From: Gemmatimonadota bacterium
GTDB lineage: Bacteria > 4572-55 > J002
Direction of reading: 5' to 3'
NCBI GenBank assembly: GCA_003697105.1
Contig: RFFQ01000131.1
Location: 1 to 62,309 of the forward strand
DNA length: 62,309 bases
Shown: positions 49,485 to 59,797 of the stretch, in pieces
How the letters are laid out: every line of letters starts with the position of its first letter
How positions within the stretch are numbered: the first letter of the stretch is position 1
Notes under the pieces: model-generated
Database searches by the model: none
Told to the model about the DNA's origin: nothing
What the model saw: the letters and a program-made list of their open reading frames with translations, nothing else
Program-made: the position numbers and the translations under genes

Positions 49485-49850
49485 ATGGGTGCGACCGTTT
49501 TAATTGTGGATGATGCCATTTTTATGCGGACAATGCTGAAAGACATTTTGAAAAAAGAAGGCTACGAAATTGTGGGAGAAGCCAAAACCGGTCGGGAAGC
49601 AATTGAACGCTACAAAGAACTCTCTCCCGATTTGGTCACGATGGATATCGTGATGCCGGATATGGGAGGGATTGATGCCGTGCGAGAGATCATCGCGATG
49701 GATGAAAACGCAAAAATTTTGATGTGTAGCGCGATGGGACAGCAATCGTTGGTGATCGAGGCGATTCAGGCTGGTGCGCGTGACTTTGTGGTCAAACCGT
49801 TCCAACCCTCACGGGTATTGGAAGCGGCAGGTCGTGTGCTCGGCCACTAA
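49485..49850 (+). CDS. cheY: Chemotaxis response regulator CheY
   Basis: LIVDDA.FMR, PDLVTMDIVMP, CSAMGQ and VKPF. Confidence 0.95.
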   Translation: MGATVLIVDDAIFMRTMLKDILKKEGYEIVGEAKTGREAIERYKELSPDLVTMDIVMPDMGGIDAVREIIAMDENAKILMCSAMGQQSLVIEAIQAGARDFVVKPFQPSRVLEAAGRVLGH

Positions 49851-49982
49851 TGGCGGGATGCCTGCCATGTGGTTTTGTTACCCCCGTTTGTGCTTTTTTG
49901 CCGATAAACTGACGTTCGATCTTATGTTCCCCAACACCGGTGTCTTCTGCGTAGTTCCGCCGGAAGATAAACTAGGCGCTCG

Positions 49983-51986
49983 ATGGAAATTTCCGAATAC
50001 AAAGAATTATTTTTGGTTGAAGCGGAAGAACATCTTGCCAGTATTAATCAAGCCATTTTTGCGTTGGAAAAAGACCCCTCGGACGAGGGGCATGTTGGTG
50101 AGATCTTTCGATCCGTACATACCATCAAAGGTATGTCCGCCACAATGGGTTATGACGACATTGCTGAATTATGTCATACCCTGGAAAATGTGCTTGACAA
50201 GTTACGTTCGCAGGTGATCCCCGCATCCACAGCCGTGGTCGATGTCTTGCTGGAAACCATTGATTATCTGGAACAGTTGGTTGAAAGCAAACGGGCTGGT
50301 AACGCGCCCGATGTGGATTTCTCCGACATCCATTCACGCCTGCAACGCCTATCGGAAACGTCAACACCTATTGAACCATCTCCTCGTTTGGAGACCTCCA
50401 CAGGTCACCTCCCACAGTTTTCTACTGAGATTTTAGACCAATTAACCGCCGCTATCGATTCGGAGTTCAAACCCTACTACCTTAAAATCAGCCTCGACCC
50501 CAATTGTGTGATGAAATCGGTGCGCGCATTTATGGTGCTCCGTTTGTTTAAGGAAGATTCACGCTACCGGTACATTGCTTCCGTCCCACCTGAAGATGAG
50601 ATCATGGCAGAAGGGTTTGGAGTCGATTTTGATGTGCTGACGACTGCCTCTATTTCTGAGGCGGAGATTCGCCATGCCGTTGAACGTATCCTTGAAGTCA
50701 AGAAATGTGTAGTCTTCCCTTTGCATATCGGAGAAGGCACCGTTTCCATGGATATGGTCGAACGCCAGCCCGATACACCCAGTGGCAGCGGTTTCAACCA
50801 GTTAGAATCGCGTGTGATGCGAGGCATTCGCGATATCCGGATCAGCATTGAACGGCTTGATAATCTGATGAAATTGGTCGGTGAACTGGTGATCACTCGT
50901 GGACGGTTGCACCAATTAACTCAGGAATACCGCATTGAACCATTGGAAGAAGTCATCACCCAACTTACCCGCTTGACCACTGACCTTCAGGATGAGGTGA
51001 TGCAAGCCCGAATGGTGCCGGTAAAACAAATTTTTGACCGCTTTCCACGCGTCGTGCGAGATATATCTAAAAATTTGAATAAGCCCATCGAATTAGTGGT
51101 GCAAGGGGACGAGATCGAATTGGATCGCTCCATGTTAGAACAAATCGGCGACCCGTTGGTCCACTTGATCCGCAATTCCGCTGATCACGGCATTGAAAGC
51201 CCAGAAGAGCGGTTACGGAAAGGAAAACCGGAAACCGGCACGATTCGATTGGTGGCAGAACGGGATAAAACCAGTGTTATTGTCTATGTGGAAGACGATG
51301 GGAGGGGTATTGATAAAGAGGCAATTGTCAGTACCGCTCTGAAACGGGGACTCATTACCGCGGATCAGATTCCCCAAATGGATGACCGTAGCATCTATAA
51401 TTTGATGACACGACCCGGATTTAGCACCAAAACCACAACAACGGATATTTCGGGACGAGGGGTTGGGTTAGATGTAGTCCGGTCTAAAGTTAAAGCAATG
51501 AATGGCTCTTTGGTGATTGATTCTCAACCCGGCCAAGGTGCACGTTTCACCTTGCGGTTACCCCTGACATTGATCATCGATCAAGCGATGCTGGTTAAAG
51601 TTGAGAACGAAACCTACGCGATTCCCGTTAATCAAGCCACCGAAATTGCGGAATTAACCACAGATTATCTAAAAACAATCCGCCACAAGGAAGTGGTTAT
51701 CTTACGCGACGATATTTTCCCGCTGATCCGGTTAAAAGAGGTTCTCCATGTGCCGGAGGCAAATGGAAATGGCGCTCCAACAGAAAAATCAACCTTATCC
51801 ATTGTGGTGGTGGAGTTGGGAACCAGGCGGTTAGCCATTTTGGTGGATTCATTGATCGAGCAACAAGAAATTGTGGTCAAAAATTTAGACCCCCTCATTG
51901 GGAATCTAGATGGTATTTCTGGGGTGACCATCATTGGAAATGGGCTACCCGCGTTTATTTTGGATATTGCGAGTCTGATTAAATAA
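49983..51986 (+). CDS. cheA: Chemotaxis histidine kinase CheA (with P2)
   Basis: HPt FRSVHTIKGMS, LVHLIRNSADHGIE, SGRGVGLDVV and a CheW domain. Confidence 0.96.
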   Translation: MEISEYKELFLVEAEEHLASINQAIFALEKDPSDEGHVGEIFRSVHTIKGMSATMGYDDIAELCHTLENVLDKLRSQVIPASTAVVDVLLETIDYLEQLVESKRAGNAPDVDFSDIHSRLQRLSETSTPIEPSPRLETSTGHLPQFSTEILDQLTAAIDSEFKPYYLKISLDPNCVMKSVRAFMVLRLFKEDSRYRYIASVPPEDEIMAEGFGVDFDVLTTASISEAEIRHAVERILEVKKCVVFPLHIGEGTVSMDMVERQPDTPSGSGFNQLESRVMRGIRDIRISIERLDNLMKLVGELVITRGRLHQLTQEYRIEPLEEVITQLTRLTTDLQDEVMQARMVPVKQIFDRFPRVVRDISKNLNKPIELVVQGDEIELDRSMLEQIGDPLVHLIRNSADHGIESPEERLRKGKPETGTIRLVAERDKTSVIVYVEDDGRGIDKEAIVSTALKRGLITADQIPQMDDRSIYNLMTRPGFSTKTTTTDISGRGVGLDVVRSKVKAMNGSLVIDSQPGQGARFTLRLPLTLIIDQAMLVKVENETYAIPVNQATEIAELTTDYLKTIRHKEVVILRDDIFPLIRLKEVLHVPEANGNGAPTEKSTLSIVVVELGTRRLAILVDSLIEQQEIVVKNLDPLIGNLDGISGVTIIGNGLPAFILDIASLIK

Positions 51987-52008
51987 CGACATTGTCAGGA
52001 GGTGAGCT

Positions 52009-52635
52009 ATGCGGATTGCTGAACTACAAGACATTCAATTGGATGCGTTAAAAGAAGTGGCAAATATCGGTGCCGGTCATGCCGCGACAGCGCTATCCCA
52101 ATTGATTAGCAAACAAGTGATGTTGAAAGTCCCTTCATTACAGTTAGACCCTCTGGAAAATGTACCCAACTTGCTGGGGAGTCCTGAGCGGGTGGTGGCA
52201 GGGGTTCTGATGCACATTTTGGGAGACATCACCGGACGGATGTTGCTGTTGTTCCCGCGGGAAGCCGCCCTAGTGCTCACCGACCGTCTGCTAGGGAAAG
52301 AACCGGGTACCACCACCAGTTTTACCGAAATGGAGCGCTCTTGTATCTCGGAAACGGGGAATATCTTGGCCGGTTCTTATTTAGGTGCTCTGGGTGAATT
52401 TTTGGGGCTACTGTTACTTCCCTCCGTGCCCAGTATGGTGCTGGATATGTCCGGGGCGGTTCTTACCACAGCGTATCTGGGCTTTGGTGAACCGCAGGAT
52501 TTTGTCATCTGTATCGAGACCTCCTTCCACTTTGTGGAAGATGATAAGCAATTGAAAGGCTTTTTCTTCCTGATTCCCGATATGGACTCGCTGGAAATTA
52601 TCCTGAAATCGATTGATGTTAGCTTCCACATGTAA
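52009..52635 (+). CDS. cheC: CheY-P phosphatase CheC
   Basis: DALKEVANIGAGHAATALS and S.ISETGNI (two ExxN motifs). Confidence 0.93.
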   Translation: MRIAELQDIQLDALKEVANIGAGHAATALSQLISKQVMLKVPSLQLDPLENVPNLLGSPERVVAGVLMHILGDITGRMLLLFPREAALVLTDRLLGKEPGTTTSFTEMERSCISETGNILAGSYLGALGEFLGLLLLPSVPSMVLDMSGAVLTTAYLGFGEPQDFVICIETSFHFVEDDKQLKGFFFLIPDMDSLEIILKSIDVSFHM

Positions 52636-54079
52636 CTACAACGTGGTAATCGGTTTGGAAGTTCATGTTCAATTACGAACGCGAACAAAGTTGTTTTGCG
52701 CCTGCCCGGTTCAATTTGGTGCCAGACCCAATACCCACGTTTGCCCAATTTGCTTGGGATTCCCCGGTGCCTTGCCCGTAACCAATCATCAGGCGGTGAA
52801 TTTGGCACTTCGGGCGGCACTCGCCTTGAACTGCTACATCCACCCCGTTAGCCAATTTGCCCGCAAAAACTACTTCTACCCAGATTTGCCCAAAGGGTAT
52901 CAAATCACCCAGTATGCCTATCCGCTGGCGGAAGCCGGTTTTCTGGAAATTACCCCGCCGGAGCAATCACCCCGCCGGATTCGCATCCAACGATTACATC
53001 TGGAAGAAGATGCTGCCAAATCGGCCCATAACGAACCCTGGTGTGAGCCGGAATGTTCCTACCTAGATTTTAACCGCAGTGGTACTCCTTTAATCGAGAT
53101 CGTCTCTGAACCCGACTTGCGGACACCGGATGAGGCCGGTCTATATCTAAAAAAATTAAAGCAACTCCTTGAATATATTGCGGTTAGTGATTGCAATATG
53201 GAAGAGGGTAGTCTCCGGTGTGATGCCAATGTCTCCCTCCGCATCACTGCCGGCGCACCCCCTGGAACAAAAACGGAAATCAAAAATCTCAATTCGTTTC
53301 GTCACCTTAAAAGAGCACTCGCGGCTGAAATAGACCGTCAAGCAACCGTTTTAAGTGCCGGAAAAACCATTATCCCCCAAACCTTGATGTGGGATGACCA
53401 TCGCCATCAATTAAGACCGATGCGTTCCAAAGAGGATGCCCCTGATTACCGGTATTTCCCCGAACCCGATTTGCCCCCGCTCCAAATCAATGAGGTGTGG
53501 ATCGCGCAAGTCAAAACCCAGTTACCGGAGTTGCCACAAGCAAAACTCGCCCGTTTCCAAACAGATTATGGCTTGCGTGCTTATGATGCAGAAATCCTTT
53601 GCACAGACCCCGATATAGCAAATTATTACGAGGCGGTATTGTTGTCCTTCCCCGCCGATCCCCATCTCGCCGCGAATTGGGTTTTAACCCACGTATTGGC
53701 GCACCTCAAAGCGATACAGTGCTCCATTCGTCACTTTTCGGTGACACCCGCCCGTTTGGCAGAATTGCTGCATCTCATCCACGACCAAACGATCACCAGT
53801 ACTAGCGCGAAGGTTGTTTTTAGGGAGATGACACAGGTTACAACATCTGCCACACAACTTGTCGCGGAGAAAAATCTGCACCAAATTACAGATGAAAACG
53901 AACTGCTTCCAATCATTGAGGATATCAAAGCCAATTTTCCGGATCACGTTGAGCGCTATCGAAACGGGCAAGAAACCCTTCTCGGTTTTTTTGTCGGGCA
54001 AGTCATGGGGCGAACAAAAGGACGCGCAAATCCACAGGTGACTCACCGTTTACTGCACGACCAATTGAAGTTAAACTGA
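52616..54079 (+). CDS. gatB: Asp-tRNA(Asn)/Glu-tRNA(Gln) amidotransferase subunit B
   Basis: VIGLEVHVQL, FARKNYFYPDLPKGYQITQ, EEGSLRCDANVS and DYRYFPEPDL. Exact start uncertain. Confidence 0.95.
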   Translation: MLASTCNYNVVIGLEVHVQLRTRTKLFCACPVQFGARPNTHVCPICLGFPGALPVTNHQAVNLALRAALALNCYIHPVSQFARKNYFYPDLPKGYQITQYAYPLAEAGFLEITPPEQSPRRIRIQRLHLEEDAAKSAHNEPWCEPECSYLDFNRSGTPLIEIVSEPDLRTPDEAGLYLKKLKQLLEYIAVSDCNMEEGSLRCDANVSLRITAGAPPGTKTEIKNLNSFRHLKRALAAEIDRQATVLSAGKTIIPQTLMWDDHRHQLRPMRSKEDAPDYRYFPEPDLPPLQINEVWIAQVKTQLPELPQAKLARFQTDYGLRAYDAEILCTDPDIANYYEAVLLSFPADPHLAANWVLTHVLAHLKAIQCSIRHFSVTPARLAELLHLIHDQTITSTSAKVVFREMTQVTTSATQLVAEKNLHQITDENELLPIIEDIKANFPDHVERYRNGQETLLGFFVGQVMGRTKGRANPQVTHRLLHDQLKLN

Positions 54080-54170
54080 CCGGCATTATCGCCCTACCTT
54101 TCCCCTCGTCCCGACGGGTGTTTTTCATATTCTATTGACAGGCGGTTTGCTTTCATATATTTTGTCACTC

Positions 54171-54593
54171 ATGACACTCCTTAAAAAGACACTTTTGCAA
54201 CTCATTGGCACGTTGTTTCTGGTGATTGGCATTGCCGGGATTGTATTGCCCCTTGTTCCAACAACCGTGCCCCTGCTGGTAGCCTGTGCCTGTTACGTGC
54301 GCAGTTCGGAACGGCTTTATAACTGGTTGATGAATCACCGGTTGCTGGGTAAGTTTATTCGAGACTATCACCTCCATCGAGCGATGCCGTTTCGCGCCAA
54401 AATTAGCGCTATTGTCCTCTTGTGGGCAACTATTCTGTTGTCGGTATTTTTATTTGACCTGCTCTGGTTGCGCCTGTTGTTGCTGGCGATAGCAGTTGGT
54501 GTCACGATTTTCCTCTCGATGTTTGTCAAAACACTCCCCAAAACGTATCCAACAAAAATGGATTCAACCCCGTGCGAAGTTGAATCCATCTAA
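54171..54593 (+). CDS. YbaN/DUF454 inner membrane protein
   Basis: GI.LPL.PTT, RSSERLY.WL..H...G. TTGACA-N17-TATTTT lies upstream. Confidence 0.88.
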   Translation: MTLLKKTLLQLIGTLFLVIGIAGIVLPLVPTTVPLLVACACYVRSSERLYNWLMNHRLLGKFIRDYHLHRAMPFRAKISAIVLLWATILLSVFLFDLLWLRLLLLAIAVGVTIFLSMFVKTLPKTYPTKMDSTPCEVESI

Positions 54594-54620
54594 CGTATCC
54601 CGCCGTGTGTCCGGTTGAGG

Positions 54621-56096
54621 CTACGGCTGGATAACCGGTAGTTCAAACCGGAATGTCGTCCCGACATTGACCCGGCTCTCTACTTCGATTTTACTCTCAT
54701 GCGCTTCAATAATTTTCTTCACAATTGCCAAGCCCAGCCCGGTTCCGGTCTGGTCGGAGCGGGTACGGCTTTTATCCACTCGATAAAATCGCTCAAAAAT
54801 ATGGGGAAGATCGTCCTCCGGGATGCCCTGACCGGAGTCAATTACAGCGATACGAACGGTTTGACCGTGATTCTCAAAATGTATCCGCACTGTGCCGTTG
54901 GGAGGCGTGTAGTTGATCGCATTGCCGATGAGATTGGTCAAGACACGCTCGATCATGGCAATATCCGCATAAACTAAGGGTAGATTCTCCGAGCGTTCCG
55001 TTTCCAGATCGATGTGGCGTTTTTCCGCGACAGGCTGAAACTTCAAGACCACATCTTGAGCAAGTTCGGCAATTGAAAACGGTTCTGGATAAGGTTGTAT
55101 CTGGTGGGCATCAAATTTGGAGAGATCAAACAATTCTTCCACCAGACGTGTCAGGCGAGTGATGTTTTTATAGATTGTCTCTAAAAATCGCCGGCGCTCT
55201 GCCGGATGGAGGTCATCCTCTTTCATCAGCACCGTCTCCAGATAGCCTTGAATGGAGGCAAGGGGAGTGCGAAGATCATGTGAAACATTGGCAATGAGTT
55301 CTCGCCGGAGCTTATCTGTTTGGCGCATCTGTTCCATGCTGGCAACCACCGTATCTGCCATCTGGTTGAAGGCACGCCCTAACCGTCCAATGTCATCATT
55401 GGATTCAAACGGCATTCGTTGTTGATAATCCCCTTGCTCAAATTGCCGTACCACCGTTGTCATCACTCGAAACCGGCGGGTTAGAAAGGCAAAGACAATC
55501 AGGGACATCGTTCCGCTAAACAGAATCGTAAACATGAGGAACATATTGGAGGCATGCATCACATAGCTCTCTTTGACCAATTCGGCTTCGGTTTCGCTTT
55601 CCAACAAGATCATGTAGAGATAGCCGGTCTCACCATTTTCAAGGGTGATCGGAGCGGCAGAAAAAGGGCGTTTTTGTGTTGGGTCTGCGGGGTCTTCCCC
55701 CCAGACCGGCATGGCATGATCTTTTGCCGCAATAAATTCCTGAATGGGTGTCACATTGACTTTCCCGCAGGTCATGTTGGGCTGGTGTTTATGCAGGCAG
55801 GCAAGAATGTTCCCGTTCCGATCCACAATATGAACTCCCAAGCGTGGATTCACCAACATGAAATGGCGCACAATGTTTTGTACCCCTTCCGAAGACAACC
55901 CATATTCGACCATGGGCTGAATTTCATCTGCGAGTTTTGCCGCCAAATCAATGTTGAGTTTTTGTTCGGTTTCATTGACAAAGTCCATAGCGGCTTTGGT
56001 GGCAATCTGCTGGTATATCAGGTAAAAGACGATCAGCAAAATAACGTGTACTGCTACGATCTGCCCGTATAGACTGTGAAAAAAAACGCGTTTCAT
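54621..56096 (-). CDS. Sensor histidine kinase (HAMP-HisKA-HATPase)
   Basis: NVSHDLRTPL, NLIGNAI, DSGQGI, FERFYRVD and GTGLGL. Confidence 0.93.
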   Translation of the reverse strand: MKRVFFHSLYGQIVAVHVILLIVFYLIYQQIATKAAMDFVNETEQKLNIDLAAKLADEIQPMVEYGLSSEGVQNIVRHFMLVNPRLGVHIVDRNGNILACLHKHQPNMTCGKVNVTPIQEFIAAKDHAMPVWGEDPADPTQKRPFSAAPITLENGETGYLYMILLESETEAELVKESYVMHASNMFLMFTILFSGTMSLIVFAFLTRRFRVMTTVVRQFEQGDYQQRMPFESNDDIGRLGRAFNQMADTVVASMEQMRQTDKLRRELIANVSHDLRTPLASIQGYLETVLMKEDDLHPAERRRFLETIYKNITRLTRLVEELFDLSKFDAHQIQPYPEPFSIAELAQDVVLKFQPVAEKRHIDLETERSENLPLVYADIAMIERVLTNLIGNAINYTPPNGTVRIHFENHGQTVRIAVIDSGQGIPEDDLPHIFERFYRVDKSRTRSDQTGTGLGLAIVKKIIEAHESKIEVESRVNVGTTFRFELPVIQP

Positions 56097-56818
56097 TCGG
56101 GTAATTCCTCACGTTCAACAAACCGGTACCCCACTCCCCAGACCGTTTTGATGTATGTCGGCTGGGAGGGATTCTCTTCAATTTTGCTTCGCAGACGGTT
56201 AATGTGCGAATTGACCGTATGGTCGTATCCATCAAATTGGTATCCCCAAACCAGATCAAGTAATTCTTGGCGGGAGTAAGCTCGTCCCGGATGGGACGCA
56301 AACAGTGCGAGCAAATCAAATTCTTTTGCGGTGAGTTCAACAGTTTTTCCGCGAAGTGTCACTTTGCGCTTTTCCACATTGATGGTGAGTTCCCCAAACC
56401 GCATTTCTTCTTTTTGTTTATTTTCGTTGGCAATCTCTGCTTTCACGGTATCCACCCGGCGGATCAGGGCTTTAATTCGTGCCATTACCTCCCGCAGGCT
56501 AAACGGCTTGGTGATGTAATCATCCGCGCCGATTTCCAATCCCAGCACTTTATCAAATTCCTCTGACTTGGCAGTCAACATGATGATTGGCAGGCTCTTT
56601 TTTTCTGCCCGTAATCGCCGGCAGACCTCCAATCCATCCATTTTGGGGATCATCCAGTCGATAATTACCAACAGATAATCCCCATCGATGGCACGTTCCA
56701 AACCGCTCACCCCATTGGGGGCCCAATCGAGTTCATATCCTAAATCTTTAATATGAATATCAATTAAATCAACAATTTCCGCGTCGTCTTCAATAATTAA
56801 AATTTTGCTTTCACTCAT
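56093..56818 (-). CDS. OmpR/PhoB family response regulator
   Basis: IIEDD, IDWMIP, GADDYITKPF, LTAKEFDLL and TVWGVGY. Confidence 0.95.
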   Translation of the reverse strand: MSESKILIIEDDAEIVDLIDIHIKDLGYELDWAPNGVSGLERAIDGDYLLVIIDWMIPKMDGLEVCRRLRAEKKSLPIIMLTAKSEEFDKVLGLEIGADDYITKPFSLREVMARIKALIRRVDTVKAEIANENKQKEEMRFGELTINVEKRKVTLRGKTVELTAKEFDLLALFASHPGRAYSRQELLDLVWGYQFDGYDHTVNSHINRLRSKIEENPSQPTYIKTVWGVGYRFVEREELPE

Positions 56819-56880
56819 GGAACGGCTCCTTTCACATGGTAGATGATAAACCTTTTCGGTGATGATGATCGGGTTTAAGG

Positions 56881-56908
56881 CTCACGAAACCGTCACGGTG
56901 ACCTCATG
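56881..56908. promoter_or_regulatory. Three 11-bp-phased direct repeats, candidate OmpR-family binding site
   Basis: CTCACG (56881), GTCACG (56892) and CTCATG (56903), upstream of the regulator gene. Confidence 0.5.
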
Positions 56909-56933
56909 AGAGCATACCAAACACCACCGCTGA

Positions 56934-56976
56934 AATAAAAATTAGACCTGACAGATGTCCACGTCCGTCAGGTCTA
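56934..56976 (-). terminator. Intrinsic terminator of the 56997-57506 gene
   Basis: TAGACCTGAC...GTCAGGTCTA hairpin with a T-rich tail on the minus strand. Confidence 0.65.
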
Positions 56977-56996
56977 TTCCGGTTATCCGTGCGTTT

Positions 56997-57506
56997 TCAA
57001 ATTTCTTCCGCATTAAATTTATCTTCCCCCAATCCCCGAATTTTATAGACTTTGGTGCCGGTTTCCGCCACTAAAATATCGGCGATACCTTTATGGAGCA
57101 TCTCATCTAATGCGGCTTCCGCCGTTTGAGTTTGGATATCCAATTCCACGGCGGCTTCTGTGGCGGTGATGCGCCCTTCTCGCCGAAGAGCACATTTTAG
57201 AAGACTATTTTCCAGCCAGTGGGCATATTCCAGTTTGAATTTTTGCCGGTTTTGATGTATAATGTACCAAATCGTGGCACATAGTCCTAGGGGGACAAGT
57301 CCGCCAAAGACCAACAAGAGCAGGGTTTGGGTGTAATTGACACCCGCCGCAAACAGTAAATGATACAAACCAGAGACCGTGAACGACCCGCCAAGAATCC
57401 CACTGATGACCGCCACCGTACCCAGACAACCCTGACGGGGCTCTTTCGGCGGTTTGTTGATATTTTTATCAATCAGATCACTAATTTTACGAATCAGATC
57501 AGACAT
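56997..57506 (-). CDS. Hypothetical membrane protein (2 TM plus C-terminal winged-helix-like region)
   Basis: Two hydrophobic segments, then G.ITATEAA..L....AEA.L..M...G.......G..VY. AGAGG RBS. Confidence 0.7.
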   Translation of the reverse strand: MSDLIRKISDLIDKNINKPPKEPRQGCLGTVAVISGILGGSFTVSGLYHLLFAAGVNYTQTLLLLVFGGLVPLGLCATIWYIIHQNRQKFKLEYAHWLENSLLKCALRREGRITATEAAVELDIQTQTAEAALDEMLHKGIADILVAETGTKVYKIRGLGEDKFNAEEI

Positions 57507-57689
57507 AAGACGACCTCTGCATTAAACGGAAAAAAAGAAAAATGGCTGCACAAAACCAACATAATAAAATATCCTTTTTTTTTCAACACCTTCGGCAGAT
57601 TTCCCACGTTGAAAGACCATTTATGATGTCACACCGGTTATGCCGGTGGGCGGAGGTCATGTTTTTCCATCCCATTGGGGGAGAGGCAC

Positions 57690-57941
57690 ATGGCAGTACT
57701 AATTGAAGTGCGCAACAGCAGTGGGGTTATCGGGCGGTGCGACGCAAAATGTTACGACGCGGAAACGCAGGAATGCCATTGCATTTGCGGTGGACAAAAT
57801 CATGGCGCGGGTTTGGAACGTGCCATCCGCAATACCCGTAAATATGCGGATCAATGGCTTACGCGCTATGCTCGCCAACATGGGTTAACCGATTTTCGCA
57901 GTGAAATCGGTCATGAAGTCACTCAACTTAAACTATTTTAA
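57690..57941 (+). CDS. Small Cys/His-rich putative metal-binding protein
   Basis: GRCDAKCYDA...CHCICGGQNHG. GGAGAGG before ATG 57690. Confidence 0.7.
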   Translation: MAVLIEVRNSSGVIGRCDAKCYDAETQECHCICGGQNHGAGLERAIRNTRKYADQWLTRYARQHGLTDFRSEIGHEVTQLKLF

Positions 57942-57952
57942 AGGTATCTACG

Positions 57953-58351
57953 ATGATCAAAATTGAACAACTCGCATTGGAACCCATTCGCATCAACGGC
58001 AAATGGGGCTTTCGGAACCCGGCAGGAGAGATTGCCATCCCGCCGCAGTTTGATGATGTTTGGCTTTTTTCACAAGACCGTGCTCCGGCACAACTCAATG
58101 GCCAATGGGGGTTTATTGACCCTTCCGGAACATGGGTTATCGCGCCTCAATATACGGAAGTCGGTGGTTTTTGCGAAGGACTTGCCGCCGTTTGCGTAGG
58201 CGAAAAATGGGGCTACATCAACACTGAAGGTGAGATGGTGATCGAACCCCAGTTTGATCTAGCGGTCGATTTTGTGAAAGGCGGCGCGAGTGTCGCCAAA
58301 GATGGAATGGCGTTCCGCATCAATCATGATGGAAACCGGTTAGACGACTAA
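57953..58351 (+). CDS. WG (KWG) repeat protein
   Basis: Three [K/Q]WG[F/Y]...G...I.PQ[F/Y] repeats. Confidence 0.9.
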   Translation: MIKIEQLALEPIRINGKWGFRNPAGEIAIPPQFDDVWLFSQDRAPAQLNGQWGFIDPSGTWVIAPQYTEVGGFCEGLAAVCVGEKWGYINTEGEMVIEPQFDLAVDFVKGGASVAKDGMAFRINHDGNRLDD

Positions 58352-58371
58352 ACCCACAGAAAGGAAGATCA

Positions 58372-59424
58372 ATGAAAATTAAACGGACTTTTGCCAGCGA
58401 TAACAATTCTGGAGTACACCCGGCAATGTGGCAAGCGATGCAGGCGATCAACGCCGGCCATGTTGCCGCTTATGGAGACGACCCCTACACCGGGCGGGCA
58501 ATTGCTAAATTTAAGGAACACTTTGGTGACCATGTGGCGGTCTATTTTACGTTTGGGGGTACGGCGGCGAATGTCCTCTCCTTCAAAACCGTCACTCACT
58601 CGTTTAACGCGGTTATTTGTCCCGTTTCGGCGCATATTCACACCTCGGAGTGTGGCGCACCGGAACTGTTCACCGGTTGTAAACTCCTGACCATTCCCAC
58701 AGATGATGGCAAAATCAATGTGGAGATGATTCGCCACCATTTCCCCCATTTGGGGCAATTTGATGACCGGGATCAACACCATGTCCAACCTAAAGTGATT
58801 TCGATCACCAACGCGACAGAAGTCGGCACGGTGTACACCCCTACGGAAATCAAGGCGCTTGCTGATTTTGCCCATGCCCATAAGCTATTGCTCCATGTGG
58901 ATGGGGCACGGATCGCCAATGCCGCGGCGAGCCTTGGGGTCGGCTTCCGGGAGATCACCACCGATGTGGGGGTTGATATTCTCTCGTTTGGTGGCACTAA
59001 AAATGGATTACTCTTTGCGGAGGCAGTTGTTTTTCTGAACGCCAGTTTAGCGGAAAACTTTAAATATTTCCGGAAACAGGGGATGCAGTTGCCCTCTAAA
59101 ATGCGCTATATCTCAATCCAATTTGAAACATATCTTACCAATGATTTTTGGCGAACCTTAGCCAGCCACGCCAACGCGATGGCACGTTTACTCGCCCACC
59201 AATTGGCAGAGATTCCCGAAGTGACCATCAACAAACCCGTCGAAGCAAACGGTGTGTTTGCGACCCTACCCCAATCGATTATCCCTCGCTTGCAACAAGA
59301 ACATTTTTTTTATGTCTGGGATGAAACCACCGCCGAATGCCGTCTAATGTGCTCCTTTGATACCACAGAAGAAGATGTTTCTACATTTGTGGCGGCGGTA
59401 AAACGTTTGATTGCTGAATCCTAA
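58372..59424 (+). CDS. Low-specificity L-threonine aldolase
   Basis: FASDN, YGDDP.T, GTAAN, HVDGARIANA and LSFGGTKNG. Confidence 0.92.
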   Translation: MKIKRTFASDNNSGVHPAMWQAMQAINAGHVAAYGDDPYTGRAIAKFKEHFGDHVAVYFTFGGTAANVLSFKTVTHSFNAVICPVSAHIHTSECGAPELFTGCKLLTIPTDDGKINVEMIRHHFPHLGQFDDRDQHHVQPKVISITNATEVGTVYTPTEIKALADFAHAHKLLLHVDGARIANAAASLGVGFREITTDVGVDILSFGGTKNGLLFAEAVVFLNASLAENFKYFRKQGMQLPSKMRYISIQFETYLTNDFWRTLASHANAMARLLAHQLAEIPEVTINKPVEANGVFATLPQSIIPRLQQEHFFYVWDETTAECRLMCSFDTTEEDVSTFVAAVKRLIAES

Positions 59425-59439
59425 AAAATACGAGGCTAC

Positions 59440-59781
59440 GTGGATAACATCCAATGTCTTAAAATTCCCGTGAAACCGGGTCAAACGGAACGCCTTGCTC
59501 AGTGGATTGTCTCCCTGCCGGATCGCTTACCGGAAGTCCGCGCCGCGATGGCGCAGGAAGGTATTCTATATGAAGCTATTATGCTAGAATATGGTACCGA
59601 GAGTGACCCGGATTACCTGATTTTGTACCTTCAGGCGGAAAATCTCCAGCAAGCAAATGTCGCTTTTCAAGCGTCACAAGTGGCGGTTGATCTGGAATTC
59701 AAACAACTGATGCTCGAAACCCTTGATTTTACGGCAGCTATCCCGTTAAGTGTCCTCTTTGCCACTACAACAACCCCTTAG
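59440..59781 (+). CDS. Conserved hypothetical protein (DUF6176-like dimeric alpha-beta barrel)
   Basis: 113-aa ORF with GAGG RBS and pattern EV...M..EG...E..........YL..Y......S...D..FK. Confidence 0.6.
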   Translation: MDNIQCLKIPVKPGQTERLAQWIVSLPDRLPEVRAAMAQEGILYEAIMLEYGTESDPDYLILYLQAENLQQANVAFQASQVAVDLEFKQLMLETLDFTAAIPLSVLFATTTTP

Positions 59782-59797
59782 TTAAGGACAAATTATT

